The notes under the pieces: generated by a model
The model's database searches: none
The model's input: only the letters and a program-made list of their open reading frames with translations
What the model was told of the DNA's origin: nothing
In this document: positions 44,171 to 62,248 of the stretch, piece after piece
Numbering within the stretch: position 1 is the stretch's first letter
How the letters are laid out: every line of letters begins with the position of its first letter
Assembly (NCBI RefSeq): GCF_009914755.1
Contig: NC_060928.1
Origin: the human T2T-CHM13v2.0 reference genome, Homo sapiens
DNA: 64,000 bases
Strand: one strand, 5' to 3'
Program-made: the position numbers and the translations under genes

Positions 44171-44480
44171 GGCTGGGTGTGTTGGCTCACACCTGTAATC
44201 CCAGCACTTTGGGAGGCTGAGGTGGATGGATTGCTTGAGGCCAGGAGTTCAAGACCAGCCTGGCCAACATGGTGAAAACCTGTCTCTACTAAAAATACAA
44301 AAATTAGCTGGGTGTAATGGTGTGTGCCTGCAATCTCAGCTTCTTGGGAGGCTAAAGCACGAAAACTGCTTGAACTTGGGAGGCGGAAGTTGCAGTGAGC
44401 CAAGATTGTGTCACTGCAACTCCAGCCTGGGTGATAGAGCAACACTCTGTCTCAAAAAGAAAAATAAAATAAAATAAAAA
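44171..44480 (+). mobile_element. AluS/J
   Basis: Full dimer with A-rich tail. Confidence 0.95.
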
Positions 44481-45279
44481 GTAAATCACTAACACAGCAG
44501 CAGAAAGAGACCAAATCTTGGGAGCAATGGGAAAAATGCACTATTGAATGTTTCCATTAAAATTGTTTATATAACTTACAAAAAAAAATCACTAACACTT
44601 CAGTTCTCTGATTCTAAATTCAGACTTTATCTATTAACTATCCTGTACTATGAGACTGTACTGGAACTCCTGTTTGTAAAAGGACAGGTTATCATCCCGC
44701 ATCAGGAGAGGATGAAACATGAGATTTGTGAAAAGGTTTTATGACCCTACCTAAGACTAGAAGAAATGCCTCTTCTAGTTTCAAACCTTTTGACCTAGAA
44801 AACTGAAAATAACCTGTCCCTCTTTTAATCCACAAAGAAAACACATTTGATGATTCAAGGTTTCCATCTTTTCCAGAAGAGATCTTCTATTTTCTCAGCA
44901 GATTTTAAAAAGCTCTGATTATTAGAGCCTCCAATAAGTATAACTTTAGTAGGTTTCATAATTAGGGCCAGTGTGTATCATAATTCTTCTTATGAAAGGC
45001 CTACTGATGACATGAAGAAAAATGCTAATGAAGTTGTCAAAGGTGTCTATATATGGTTCAAATTCAACCAGAAAAGTTATTTTTAAGTTTGTTTTCATCA
45101 AAAGGTGCTTCCATATACTCAATTCCAAATATCTTTAAGCAATAAAATCTTTCTTCTGCTACTTGATTTGTGAGATTGCTTCAATATTTAATAATCATTA
45201 TATGTCATAATATTACTGTCATACCTCTAAAGCTTAGGAGCAAGAAAAAACCTTGGTTTACCTCTTTCTCTTCTTTTCT

Positions 45280-45385
45280 GAGTCTGGAAATAGTTCTCTC
45301 TCCCTTCCTCTCTTCCTCTCTCTTTCTCTCTCTCTTTCTTTCCCCTCTCTCTTCACCTTACTTTCTCAATCTTCTGTCTTTTTCA
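45280..45385. repeat. CT-rich low-complexity tract
   Basis: (ct)n-like run. Confidence 0.8.
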
Positions 45386-47439
45386 TTGCTACTTGGGAAA
45401 CAGCCTTGTTCTTTCCTTTCTACTGCATCCCCAGAGGCAAGGATATGGAGGAGAAAAGGTTATTAAACCTTGCAACTGGCAAGCTTAGAGTGGTTCTTCT
45501 GTTTTTGAGTAGATAGTGAAAGAAAGAGGAGGTTCTGAAGGGAATGCTGGGGCAATGTCTGCTCAGTTTCATTTGTGTCATGGCATCTGAATCTGTAGCC
45601 TGCCTCAGAAGGCGTGCTTGCAAATGAAGCAATGACAGTGTGAGAGGAAGAGAAATGCTTCCATATGCTGAGATGATTAACATCTACCATGATGGGAGAA
45701 GATGGGTTTATGTCCCTGGGAGTACAAGGAATTTGAAAATTCTTACTTAAGAGAAAAAAAATGCCTTTTTTGCATTTTTTTCTTTTTTGCACAAATATAA
45801 TTACATTTATATAAATAAAAAGGAAAAAAATCCGTAACTATTCTCCACATATTTAAGCTTTGCATTTTTTCCTGTTCCCTTTCAATACTTGCCTACCTGC
45901 ACAATGATTTGGAAGTTAAAATTGTAACATAGATACAATTTGGTATTTAGGTTTTTCAAAAGACAGCCTCACAGAAATTTTGTATGTTTTCGCAAATTTT
46001 TTCCTGGATTACTATAAACTTGTTTAGTTTTGTCTTACTATATGTATTTATAAAAGTGTAGTCATCAGAGGACACAGTCAATTTTCTTCTCTCTTTTTGG
46101 AAATGCATGTTTTAACTTCTTTTAACATTTTATGCCTCAGCTCCCTTCCCCTTTATCCCTGCATCCACAGTGACTCTCCACGGTTCACTTCAACTGAGAT
46201 GTTGAAGACCTGCCCGTCTCTCAGGCATAGTCACTGTGCAGGAACAGCACCTTCCTGTTCTCTAGTCTTTGCTCTGGATTGTAGCAGAGGCTGGAAATGA
46301 TTCTGAATGAGTTTGGGGAAGGCACATTGGCTGATACATACTGCTTGGTTATTAACAAGCTCTTTTTCGTGTCCCATGCACCTTCTATTAGAGTTGTCCT
46401 TTGCTGGTTGCATTTGTATTGCTATTTTAATAACTTCTTTCTCTCATTCTCTGAAGCATGCATACACACATCAATAAAGAGAAAACATCTTTCTTTAAAA
46501 AGTGTGATTGAAATTCCTTCTACTATTGAATTTTTATTTCTTATTCCTGATAGAATGACATAAATATTCCTATATTATATAAGTACTTGTGCACACAGAG
46601 ATACCTATTCTCTGGAAACGTGTATTCATAGTCTCAGATCATGAAAGACAAACAAAAAACAATCCTGAACAGCGTTGTCAGCATTGCACAGGGCCAGTTC
46701 TTTGAAACATCCGCTTTTGCCCTGTCCATCAGGTCTCTCATCCTCACTTTCATTGCACCTGTGTTAAAGTCCATAATCTATTTTAACAACCACTCTTTTG
46801 GCAACATCCTGAGCTTTCTTGTCCTTCCATAATGCAGTCCCAGCAAAAACTAAACCCTGGGTATATCCCAACTCTTGGCTTTCTCCATGCCTGTTTCCAG
46901 GCTGCTGGGTTCATTTAGAAAGAGTCAACTAACCAGGGATGAATGAATGAGAGAATCAGAGAAACATACTGTTCTCCAGTTTATGAACAAATGAAAAATT
47001 ATGGAGGCCCAGAATAACTTCTAGGAGTCAGTGAAAGAGGAGGGCTTGTGGATTGGAATACCTGGAGAAGCCATGAGGCTTAGCTTCTCTTCAGTGTTCT
47101 GCCATTACTTCTGGTAACTACCACCAAGTGGCATGTTATGAGAGACAAACCCAGACATTTAACAACAAAACCAAAATTGCTCAAACCCTGCATACCAGAG
47201 ATACACACCAAACAGACCTTCTGTTTCCCACTAAAGAAACAGAGACTGACTGGAAGATGCAGTGGGGCAAGCTGATGGGAAGGATTGAAATGCCAAACAG
47301 AGGACTGACTGATCGTGAAACCCCGTTGAAAGGATGTTGTTGCAGTTACCTGTGATCTAAGAGTGATTTGCCTGTCACCATTGCTTTCAAGATATACTCC
47401 AGAACTTGAAATAAAGGTTCCTTAAAGATTATCTTTCTT

Positions 47440-47605
47440 GGCTGGGTGTGGTGGCTCACACTTGTAAGCCCAGTGCTTTGGGAAGCTGAAGTAGGAGAAT
47501 CACTTGAGCCCAGGAGGTCGAGCCTGCAGTGAGCTGTGATCGTACCATTGCATTTCAGCCTGGAGGACAGAGTGAGACTCTGTCTCAAAACTTAACAAAA
47601 AAAGC
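47440..47605 (+). mobile_element. Alu hybrid monomer (left-arm 5' half, right-arm 3' half)
   Basis: ggctcaca...gctttggga followed directly by ggagaatcacttgagcccaggaggtcgag..tgcagtgagc. Confidence 0.8.
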
Positions 47606-47671
47606 AAACTCAAAACAAGAGATGCTGAATATCTCATAAGTAAAAGTAAGTATCTAAACTAAGGAAGTACT

Positions 47672-49750
<2,079 letters not shown>

Positions 49751-49756
49751 TTATAC

Positions 49757-50450
49757 TTCATTCATTATTTTAATAAACATATAGAATTTATATTTTGTGC
49801 TGGAATGCTGTTAAATATTAGGGATTAAATGGTGAGCAAGATTATGAGATCTCTGCTCTCTTGGAGTGTGTAGTTTACAGAGGGATGGAGTTAAGAAAAG
49901 AGGAAATTAAAGCACAGTGTTGTAAATGCTACAATGAGGGAAATATATGGCGTGTGGGAAAAAATAAGAGGAGTCTCTGTTACAGAGTTGGAGAAACCAG
50001 AAAATGCTTTCTGGAGGAAGTCACCTTAAACTGCCATTTAAGTAGGAATATCCATTTGAGAATCAGGCAGGAGTGGAAAGGAAAGGGAGGGAGACAGAAG
50101 AACTTGTGAGAAGACCTACAGGTGAGGGAGCACATGGTGCTTCTGAGCAAAGGAAAAATGTTAAGTAGAACTAGAGCAAAAGTGGAGAAGGGGGGAGAGT
50201 TGAGAGATGAGGCTCCAATGCTTCCCAGAGACCAGAACTTCCAGCACCTTATAGAACATGTCGTGGAGTTTGGATTTTCTTCCAAAATTAAGGAGGAGCC
50301 ATGAAAGGATTTTAAACAGAGAAATGATATGATCAGATTTCTCTGTTAATGGAATCTCACTCATTGGATAGGAAGAGAGGCAAGACTGGAGCTAGGAGAC
50401 TAGTTTGTGGAAATCCTTGCAGAAGGATGACAGCGGTGAGAACGAGGATA
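49757..50450 (-). mobile_element. LINE-2 3' region
   Basis: ttcattcatt start; tttctggaggaagt; gagccatgaaaggattttaaacag...gatcagattt. Confidence 0.8.
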
Positions 50451-50640
50451 ACCGGAAGCTCTCATGTTCCAAGAAATAATAATAGATTTTGACTATACTT
50501 GGGCCAGGGTTTCTAACTGGGATGTTGAATCATAAATTTTTGCATTTTTCCTGGTTATTTTTTATTTTTCTACCTCTTTCTGAAAACATTTTGGTAAGGC
50601 ATATTTTTCTTAAAAATTACCCATTTTGTGTATATTTTCT

Positions 50641-51077
<437 letters not shown>

Positions 51078-51243
51078 ACCATTTTTTGTATATTTTCAAA
51101 AATTTTAAGTATAGAGCTTACATCCAATTTTCTTATTTTAAGCTCATCCATATCTGTGTTAAATCCCATTTTTTATTCCAAGTGCTCCATATTCATATTT
51201 TCTCATTGATTCTTGATTTTACACACCAGAGATGTACTCACGT

Positions 51244-51510
51244 CAGCATTTCCCAAATGAGTATTTCACGGAATGCTATTCCAAAGAATGCTGATAAGTA
51301 AGTGTTCATGCACAAATAAGTTTGTGAGACTGAATCACACAATTTAAAACAGTTATATCTTTTAGGACTTTTTAGAGTCTTTAATAAACTAATATGCATT
51401 ATGAGTCCTTAAGTAGAAGGTTTAGTATGTAGTTTTCAAAACCTTTTTCTCCCCATAGACCATCTGTTAATATCTCCTGAAATGAGTGTTCAGTGGAACA
51501 CAGTTTGAGG
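51244..51510. mobile_element. Charlie4-like hAT fossil
   Basis: cagcatttcccaaa start; gtggaacacagtttg end. Confidence 0.6.
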
Positions 51511-51545
51511 GTTTCAAAGAATCAGCTCTTAGTTTTATTTAATAA

Positions 51546-51913
<368 letters not shown>

Positions 51914-52389
51914 TATTTTTTCTTACTTTTTTTTGGTTTATTTTGTTGTCCTTTTTCTAGTTTCCGAGAGTTAAATACATAGTTTATTCATCAGCAGCTT
52001 CAAGGTTGTTTTAAGGAATGTTTTAAAGCTATTAATATTCCTCTGCATATACCGTTGACTTCATCCTATACATTTTATTATTATGGACTATTTGTTGTTA
52101 ATTTCTGAACAAGCTGTCATTTCAGTTTTGATTTCTATTTTGATCCAAGAATTATTCAAAAGAGTATCTTTTAATATCCAGCAATTCATTAGGCTTTGCT
52201 TAACATTTTCATTTACAGTTGATTAGATATAAAGGCATTCGTTTTATTATTCTTTTGTTATAAACATGATCAGCTATTTAATTTATTAGTAATATTGACA
52301 GTCTTTTTAACTTTTCTTTCTTGTATTTGTCTGATATGTATTTTTGCCCGGTATTTTGTTTTCAAGTTTTCTTTGCCATGTATCTCTTT

Positions 52390-52568
52390 TTTATTTTATT
52401 TTATTTTATTTTATTTTTATTATTATACTTTAAGTTTTAGGGTACATGTGCACAATGTGCAGGTTAGTTACATATGTATACATGTGCCATGCTGGTGTGC
52501 TGCACCCATTAACTCGTCATTTAGCATTAGGTATATCTCCTAATGCTATCCCTCCCCCTCCCCCCACC
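52390..52568 (-). mobile_element. Young L1PA (PA2-PA4-like) 3' terminal insertion
   Basis: ttattatactttaagttttagggtacatgtgcacaatgtgcaggttagttac...; perfect 15-bp TSD gccatgtatctcttt at 52375-52389 and 52569-52583. Confidence 0.95.
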
Positions 52569-52787
52569 GCCATGTATCTCTTTAATTAATATATAAGATT
52601 TTTAAAAATCTCACCCTGACAGCCCTGCTCTTTTAATATAGGAATTTAATTCATTTACATATATTTGACAATGATATATTTGTTCTTTTATAACAGCATT
52701 ATTGAGATAGAATTTATACACTATGCATTTGCCTTAAAGTGTGTAATTCAATGATTTTTAATCTATTCAGGCTTTTGCAACTATCAT

Positions 52788-53333
52788 TGTAACTGGCTCA
52801 GTTGTGCTGCTCACTGCTCAGAAGTCAAAGCATGAGAAGCAAGGTGTAGTAAAAGAAAAGCAGCTTTTATTGGTCAAATGCTAGCAGATGGGAGAATGGC
52901 TGGGCTGGAGACTCAAAGGAACCACCTGCTCCTTCTGGGCTGAGCGAAGGGGTTTAAGAAAGAAAAGGTGTGGGAAATATGCGGGAGTGGTGGCAAGGTG
53001 GGCACGTCTTGTTCCAATGGTTATCTTGAGTAATTGCCCATCCGGAGGTCCAATTTGCATCATCCTGACTTAGGCCAGTAGCGGTGGGCTAACTGTTCCC
53101 AACTCCCCTTGAGTAAGAGGATTCTGCAGCTGGCCCTCTCTGCCTGGTTTGTTTCAAAATTGGCCCCTGGAATTTCTAAGCAAGCACATAATTAGATAAG
53201 CGAGCACTGTTCATGGAAGGGCCTGGTGGGAAAAAGAGAAACAAAGCGTTTCAAAGTATGTTTCAAGGCTGAAAGCAAGAAACGAGCAAAAAGAGTTTTA
53301 AAATGCATTTTGAGACTGGGATACTCGGTTATA
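52788..53333 (-). mobile_element. ERV1-class solo LTR (subfamily uncertain)
   Basis: tgtaac...gtta(t)a termini with 4-bp TSD tcat (52784-52787 and 53334-53337); minus-strand poly-A-like ttttatt near 52865. Confidence 0.8.
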
Positions 53334-53822
53334 TCATCACAATCAGTTTTAGAACATTTTCATCATCTGGAAAGAAACCCTGTACCTATTAGCAGTCCAC
53401 TTGCATTTTTTTTCCAACCTCCTTCCACACCTAGCCCTAGGCAACCACTGACCTACATTCTGTCTGTATGGATTTGCCTGTTCTGGACATTTTATATAAA
53501 TGGGATCATATAATATGTGACCTTTGGTGTCTGGCTTCTTTCACTTAGCATAATGTTTTCAAGGTTTATCAGTGTTGTAGCATGAGTATTTGTATGCAAG
53601 TTTTTTGGTGGACATATGTTTTCATTTCTTTTGAGTGTATGTGTAGGAGTAGAATTGCTGAGTCATGTGGTAGCTCTATGTTTAACCTTTTGAGAAATTG
53701 GCAGACTGTTTTCCAAAGTTTGTTGCACCATTTTACAGTCCCACCAGCAATATATGAGGGTTATAATTTTTTCACATTCTCACCAACTCTTGTTATTGCC
53801 TGTCTTTTTCATTATAGCCATC

Positions 53823-54220
53823 TGTTATGTGCTTGTGTCCCCCAAAATTCATATGATAAAGCCCTAATTGCTAACATGACTGTATTTTGAGATGGGGCCA
53901 TAATGGAAGTAATTAGAGTTAAATGAGGTAGTCGGTTGGGCCCTAACCCAATATGACTTGTGTCCTTATAATGAGAAAGGTCAGAGACACAAGGGATGCA
54001 CAGGCACAGGGAAAAGGCCATGTGAAGACGTAGCAAGAAGGTGGCTGTCTGCAAGCCAAGGAGGGAGGCCTCAGGAAAAACCAAACCTGCCAACACCTTG
54101 ATCATGAACTTCCATCTCCCAAACTGTGAGAAAATAAATTCCTGTTGTTTAAGACATCCAGTCTGTCTGAGGTTAGCATCCAGTACTAAGGTTGTTATGG
54201 CAGCCTCAGCTAGTGTACTA
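53823..54220 (+). mobile_element. MaLR solo LTR (MLT1A-like)
   Basis: tgtcccccaaaattcatatg; gccatgtgaagac; ctgtgagaaaataaattcctgttgtttaag; gttatggcagcc. Confidence 0.88.
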
Positions 54221-54282
54221 TCCTAGTGGATATGAAGTGGTACCTCATTGTGCTTTTGTTGTTTTTTTTTAAAAAAAAAAAA

Positions 54283-54577
54283 ATTTATTTTTTCAGAGAC
54301 AGGGTCTCCCTGTGTTACTCAGGCTGGAGTGCAGTGGTGTGATCATTGCTCACTGCAGCCTCAAACTTGTGGGGCTCAAGGGATCCTCCCACCTCAGCCT
54401 CCTGAGGAGCTGGGACTACAGGTGTGTATCGCCATGCCTGGCTAATTTTATTTTTAATTTTTGTGGAGATGGGGTCTCACTATGTTGCCTAGGCTGGTCT
54501 TGAACTCCTGGCCTTAAGCAGTCCCCTGCCTTGACCACCCAATGTGCTGAGATTACAGGCATGAGCCATTGTGCCTG
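54283..54577 (-). mobile_element. AluJ
   Basis: Antisense dimer; TSD ctcattgtgctttt. Confidence 0.93.
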
Positions 54578-54743
54578 GAGCTCATTGTGCTTTTGGTATG
54601 TATTTCCCCAATGACTAATGATGTTGAACAACTTTTTATATTTGTTACTATCCCTTGCATCATTTATGTTTTTCATTTATAAGGATTTCAAATTGTTTCT
54701 TTATTGTTCAGTTTATTTTCTTTACTACCTTCTGCTGAATTGA

Positions 54744-55116
<373 letters not shown>

Positions 55117-56127
55117 TAATAAATGTATGTAAACATATATATTCTGTCCATGGCAAGAATGAAACAGTGAGATCCCTGTCTTTTTCCTCTTTTCTCTAGC
55201 ACCACTACTGCCACTCTCCCCTCCCCCATCCTCCTGCTAGGCCAGTGCTGCCAATTGATCTCAACTCTGTTTCTATCCCATTGTAAAACTGATTAGAGTT
55301 AAATAGGAGATGAAGCCTATTGCTGTATTATACTACAAATCAGTACAAAGATCTAGCCTTTCATGAAGAAAGATAAAATTCTCAAACTCCTCAGATTCTA
55401 GTTTGAGATTAGTAATAGAAATGGAAAGAAAAGAAGATTTCTTTTGTGACATTTCCTTATTCAGTTCCTTTTAAATATTCTACATGTGCTTATCTGTAAA
55501 TTTGCACATAAAACTCCTGAAAAATGGGAAATAAATGAAATAATGTTTGAGCCAAACAAAATGTAGAGATTTGGGGGGAGAGCACATTGTATAATTTCAA
55601 AGCCAATAAATTAAAAGCGATGATTTTTGTTCAAAGTATAGTACAGTGAAATAGTCTCAATAGAACTTTGTCAAGTACAAAACCCTGATTTTCAGAGCTA
55701 GTTTGAATTTTTATGGCTACACATAATTCTTTCAGATGAGCTGTGCATGTGTTGCTATCTCAAGCCCATTGGTCTCCTGGAGATTGCTGTAATGTACTTG
55801 TGTGCATTCTTGATGTCAAAGTCATGTAAATTTCTTAACTTCGGTTTCAGCATGAGTGTTTTCCTAGTTCTGATGACTTTTTAAAGATTTTTGCCTTATA
55901 ATTGAAAACTCAGTCTCTCCATATTGATTGGAGGACTGAAAAATATTTCTATAACATTTGTTATAGAAATGACAGATTGTTCAAGTAGTCAACAATGTTT
56001 ATCAAGCCTCACTTATAAAGCACTATATTAAATGCTATGGGAACTTACAGAGAAAACCCTCAAGAAGCCCAAATTCTGAAGCACACATTGAAACATAGAG
56101 ATCAATCAAAGTAATACTTGCAAACCA

Positions 56128-56340
56128 CTTAGTGGTTACATTTGGAAGCTCTGAAGTCAGCCTAAAATAGATTAATGTCCCCATTTGTTAGTGCCATGAT
56201 GTTAGATGTCATGAAGCTTCACTTTGTACATATGTAAAAGGGAGAAAATAGTAATAGTACTGCCTCATAGGTTTGAGAAGTTTAAATAGGATAAAACATG
56301 TACATGTGCTCAGTGTAGTAGCTGGTACGTAGTAAGCATC
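56128..56340 (+). mobile_element. MIR
   Basis: agtggtta...ctctgaagtcag...atatgtaaaagggag...gcctcatagg...gtagtaagc. Confidence 0.7.
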
Positions 56341-56999
56341 TGGGAAGTAGAAGCAATCATTTTTAATAGCTTTACAATTATGAAATATATATATCCAGAA
56401 AACACACAGATCATGTATTTACTCTTTAACAAACAGTGATAAAATGAGCCCTCATGGAGCCACTACTCTAGTGGCAAGAAATGAAACATTGCCAGCATCC
56501 GGAAACAACACCTACCCGCTATGCATCTTCCCAATCATAATTTCTTCCCTTCCCACCACCTACTGTCTTGACTTTTGTGATAATAATTACCTTAAAGTAT
56601 TACCAGCTAAACAATATAGTTTTGAACTTTATTAAATGGTTGTATCTTGCTTCTTTCATTCAACATTGCATTTGACATCCATCCTTGTTGGTGAATGTTG
56701 CTGTAATTCATTCATTTGCATTACTATATGGTAGTCCACTACATAAACAATCGACCTAGTCTGCTATTGATGGATATTTAAGTTATTTTCAGTTTTTGAT
56801 TCTTACGAACAGGGCTGCTATGAACATCCTGGTGCTGATATTCAAGAGATTCTCCAGGAGTGCAATTGTTGAGTCATGGGGGATGTGTGTCTTCAATTTT
56901 ATTAGATAGTGCCGAACAGTTGTCTAAAATGGCTCTTCCAGTTTTCACTGTCAACAGCTCTGTATGAGGGTTTTCTTTTTTATATATGTATATATATTT

Positions 57000-57291
<292 letters not shown>

Positions 57292-57986
57292 TGAGGGTTT
57301 TCATATCCTCACAAGTAGTTGGTATTGGTCAGACCTCTAATGTTTACCAGTCTGATGCACAGGCTTATTATTATAACGCATTGCCTTTTTTTTTTAACAG
57401 TCTCAAATTTACAGAAAAGTTGCAAATACAATACAAATAATGTTTTTTCTTGAGCCGTTTAAGAGTAAGTTGCCAACTAGATACTTTAATATCTTAGAAT
57501 AGTTTGTGTTTTCTATGAATGAGGATATTCTCCTATACATTCATAATCCAGCCAACAAAAAACAAGGAATTAACATTATTAGTTTGCTACCATTTAATCT
57601 ACAAACCTCATACAAGTTTTGCTACTTGTCTGAATCATGACCTTTCTAACGAAAAGATTCAGTTCAGGTTGCATGTTGTATTTAGTTGCCATGTCTCTGT
57701 GGTCTCTAATCTGGAACCATTCCTCAACCCTTCTTTGACTGTGATGACCTTCACATTTTTGCAGATTATTTGCCACTTATTTTGTTGCATATCTCTCAGT
57801 TTATGATTGGCTGTTGTTTTCTCATGATTAGATGCAAGTTAGGTATTTTCCCAGGAATCTCACAGAAGAGGATCTGTGTTCTCATTGCACCCTATCAGGT
57901 GGCTCTTGATTTTGAGTCATCCCGTCACTGATGATGTTAACTTTGAACACTTGATTAAGGGGGTGACTGCTGGGCTTTGGCACTGA

Positions 57987-58303
<317 letters not shown>

Positions 58304-58339
58304 TGCAAATAGTTTTTTCTTTTTGTAATAAATATTTTT

Positions 58340-58695
58340 GGCCATGTGTGGTGGCTCACTCCTGAAATCCTAGCACTTTGGGAGGCTGAGTCATGAGGAT
58401 TACTTGAGGCCAGGAGATTGAGACCAGCCTGGACAACATACCAAGGCCTTGTCTCTACAAAAAAAGAAAAAAAAAACATTAGCTGGGCATGGTGGTGCAC
58501 ACCTGTAGTCCCAGCTACTGCAGAGGCTGAGGTGGGAGAATCTCTCCTTCTCTCTTTTTTTAAAAAAAGCATTAATGCAGTATCTGTCCAAAGAGAGGCT
58601 CTCTTGCACCCAGGAGTTCAAGGGTGCAGTGAGCTATGATTACACCTCTGCAACTCCAGCCTGGGCGACAGAGTGAGACCCTGTCTCAAAAAAGA
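58340..58695 (+). mobile_element. AluJ with a ~54-bp non-Alu insertion
   Basis: Right arm interrupted at 58546-58599. Confidence 0.9.
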
Positions 58696-58869
58696 TAAAA
58701 TAAAGTGAAGTATTTTTGGCCAGTGAGAGGCACTTCAAGCTGGCTCTGTCTTTTTGATATGTCACCCTTTTTCATGTATAATGTCTTTACTTTCTGGCAC
58801 TGACATCCTGTGCTAAGTCATCTTCCCATGGGAATGCCCTCTTCACCTGTAGGAGGGAAGATTTATTGC

Positions 58870-60020
<1,151 letters not shown>

Positions 60021-60171
60021 ACTAGCTTGTGCCAGAGTGCAAGCAGACTATTAGAAGAGAGTCACTGTGGTTCAGTGCTTAATACCACCAGAAGTGAACA
60101 TGATGCATTTGCCTAAAGGAGGATCTGCAGCCTTTTTGAGGTATGGAGAAGAAGATTTAAATATGATTGTT

Positions 60172-60515
<344 letters not shown>

Positions 60516-61017
60516 CTAAAAAATACAAAGGGGTGAGACAGGAAAACAGAATCTGTGAGAATCTATTAATAAACTATGAAGAAATCTGCATTATGAATTC
60601 CCTTATCTTTAAAATAAAAAAATAGCTTATTTTTACAAGGACATTTAGCTCACAAGAGTCCTTTGAAAGCCAGTCTCCTGACTTCTGTTTTCCATCTTGT
60701 AAATCATGGCTCCCAAGGAGGACAGAAATGTAGGGTGGGAAAATGAGTCAGCAGAGATGCTCATCATTGTCTTTTAGAAGGTTTTGTTAGGGGATACAGT
60801 TGCTAGATAGAGGAAAAAAGAAGCAGCAATAAAGAATAGGAATCTAGTTACTCACTTTTCTATGAGGTATTTGACCAAATATCTAAGAGATATTTTAGAC
60901 CAGTTCACATCTGTCATAAGAAATCTGTTGTGAAAACTTGGGATTCTTTTTTACCTATTGATTTTTAAAAAGTTTTTCAAAACTAAATGTTTTGTGTTAA
61001 AATTGCAATTCAGTCCA

Positions 61018-61037
61018 ATCATCATCATCATCATCAT
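61018..61037. repeat. (ATC)n microsatellite
   Basis: About 6 copies. Confidence 0.85.
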
Positions 61038-61049
61038 AGCAGCCCTTTT

Positions 61050-61400
61050 AGTCAGCTATTTTGTGGCAATAAATAGCCCTTAAATCTTAGTGGCTTGCAA
61101 GAACAGAGGTTTGTTTCTTGCCCACATTGTACATCTGTGGCAGATTGGCACAAGTCTTTTCATTTCAAGATCCAAGCTGAAGGAGGGGCCCCTATTTGGG
61201 ACATACTATGCTCATGTCTAAGGGAAAAGAGAGAGTCAGTGGACACACAGTGGCTCCTAAAACTTCTGCTTTGACATTGCGTATTTCATGTTTTCTTACA
61301 TGCTGTTGGCCAAGGCAAGTGACATGGCCAACCTCATTGTCAATGGGTGGACGTAAATAATTCTCTTGTAGGATCCTGCAAATGACATGGAACCCGTGGG
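61050..61400. mobile_element. Ancient MaLR/LTR33-like LTR
   Basis: tcttagtggcttgcaa...; ttggccaaggcaagtgacatggccaa.c. Confidence 0.65.
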
Positions 61401-61489
61401 TATATCAGGTGATATTCTGGGGATACATGAGGAACCAGGAAGGAGACTGAGTATTTGGAAAAAATAATACAAAACATTGCATTGGCAAA

Positions 61490-61655
61490 CATTTACTAAA
61501 TGCAACTATTTGCCAGGTACTGTTTTAAGCCTTCTACGTCGATTGAATCCCCATAACTATCCTATCAGGTAGGATTATTATTGCTCCCATTTTACAGATG
61601 AGGAAACTGAGGCCCAAGCCAGATTTCAAACCTACGCTGTCTAGCTCCTGGGCCC
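61490..61655 (-). mobile_element. MIR
   Basis: cccattttacagatgaggaaactgaggc canonical core. Confidence 0.85.
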
Positions 61656-61960
61656 TCACTCAAGGAAATGCAAGAATGAGCACAAGTTTTCGGTTGAAAC
61701 ATTTGTGTGCATGCTTTCTGAGGAGAGCAGTGCTGCATATGAATTAGTAATAAACTGTATAGAATACAGTTTGTGTAGGAATAGCATATTTTCAAATAAC
61801 TAAAATTTTAAAGAGATACTAATTGTGATAACTAGATGGGCCTATCCATTGATCTCTAAGGACCTGAGAATGTCTTTTCATTCAAATTTGCCTTTGGAAT
61901 CAGCATTCTGATTTGTGAACCTATGGGAAAAAATGTGTTTTGGTTCAAATATTTATTGAG

Positions 61961-62248
61961 TTTTTTTTGAGACAGAGTTTTGCTCTGTCGCCCAGGCTGG
62001 AGTGCAGTGGTGTGATCTTGGCTTACTGCAACCTCCACCTCCTGGGTTCAGGCGATTCTCATGCCTCAGACTCCCAGTAGCTGGGAGTACATGCAGGCTA
62101 CCACGCCCAGCTAATTTTTGTGTTTTTAGTAGAGATGGGGTTTTTGCCATGTTGGCCAGGCTGATCTTGAACTCCTGACTTCAAGTGATCCGCTTGCCTT
62201 GGCCTCCCAAGGTGCTGGGATTACAGGCATGAGCCACCGCACCTGGCC
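61961..62248 (-). mobile_element. AluS
   Basis: Antisense dimer. Confidence 0.94.

Larger units (their letters stand above)
52690..54660 (-). mobile_element. L1MB-like 3' region hosting a nested LTR, MLT1A and Alu
   Basis: ttgagatagaattt, tctggcttctttcacttagcataatgttttcaagg, taggagtagaattgctg, atgactaatgatgttgaac. Confidence 0.85.

Noticed and set aside
44756-44779. 9-bp inverted repeat actagaaga/tcttctagt
   Set aside because: Short enough to be expected by chance in 64 kb.
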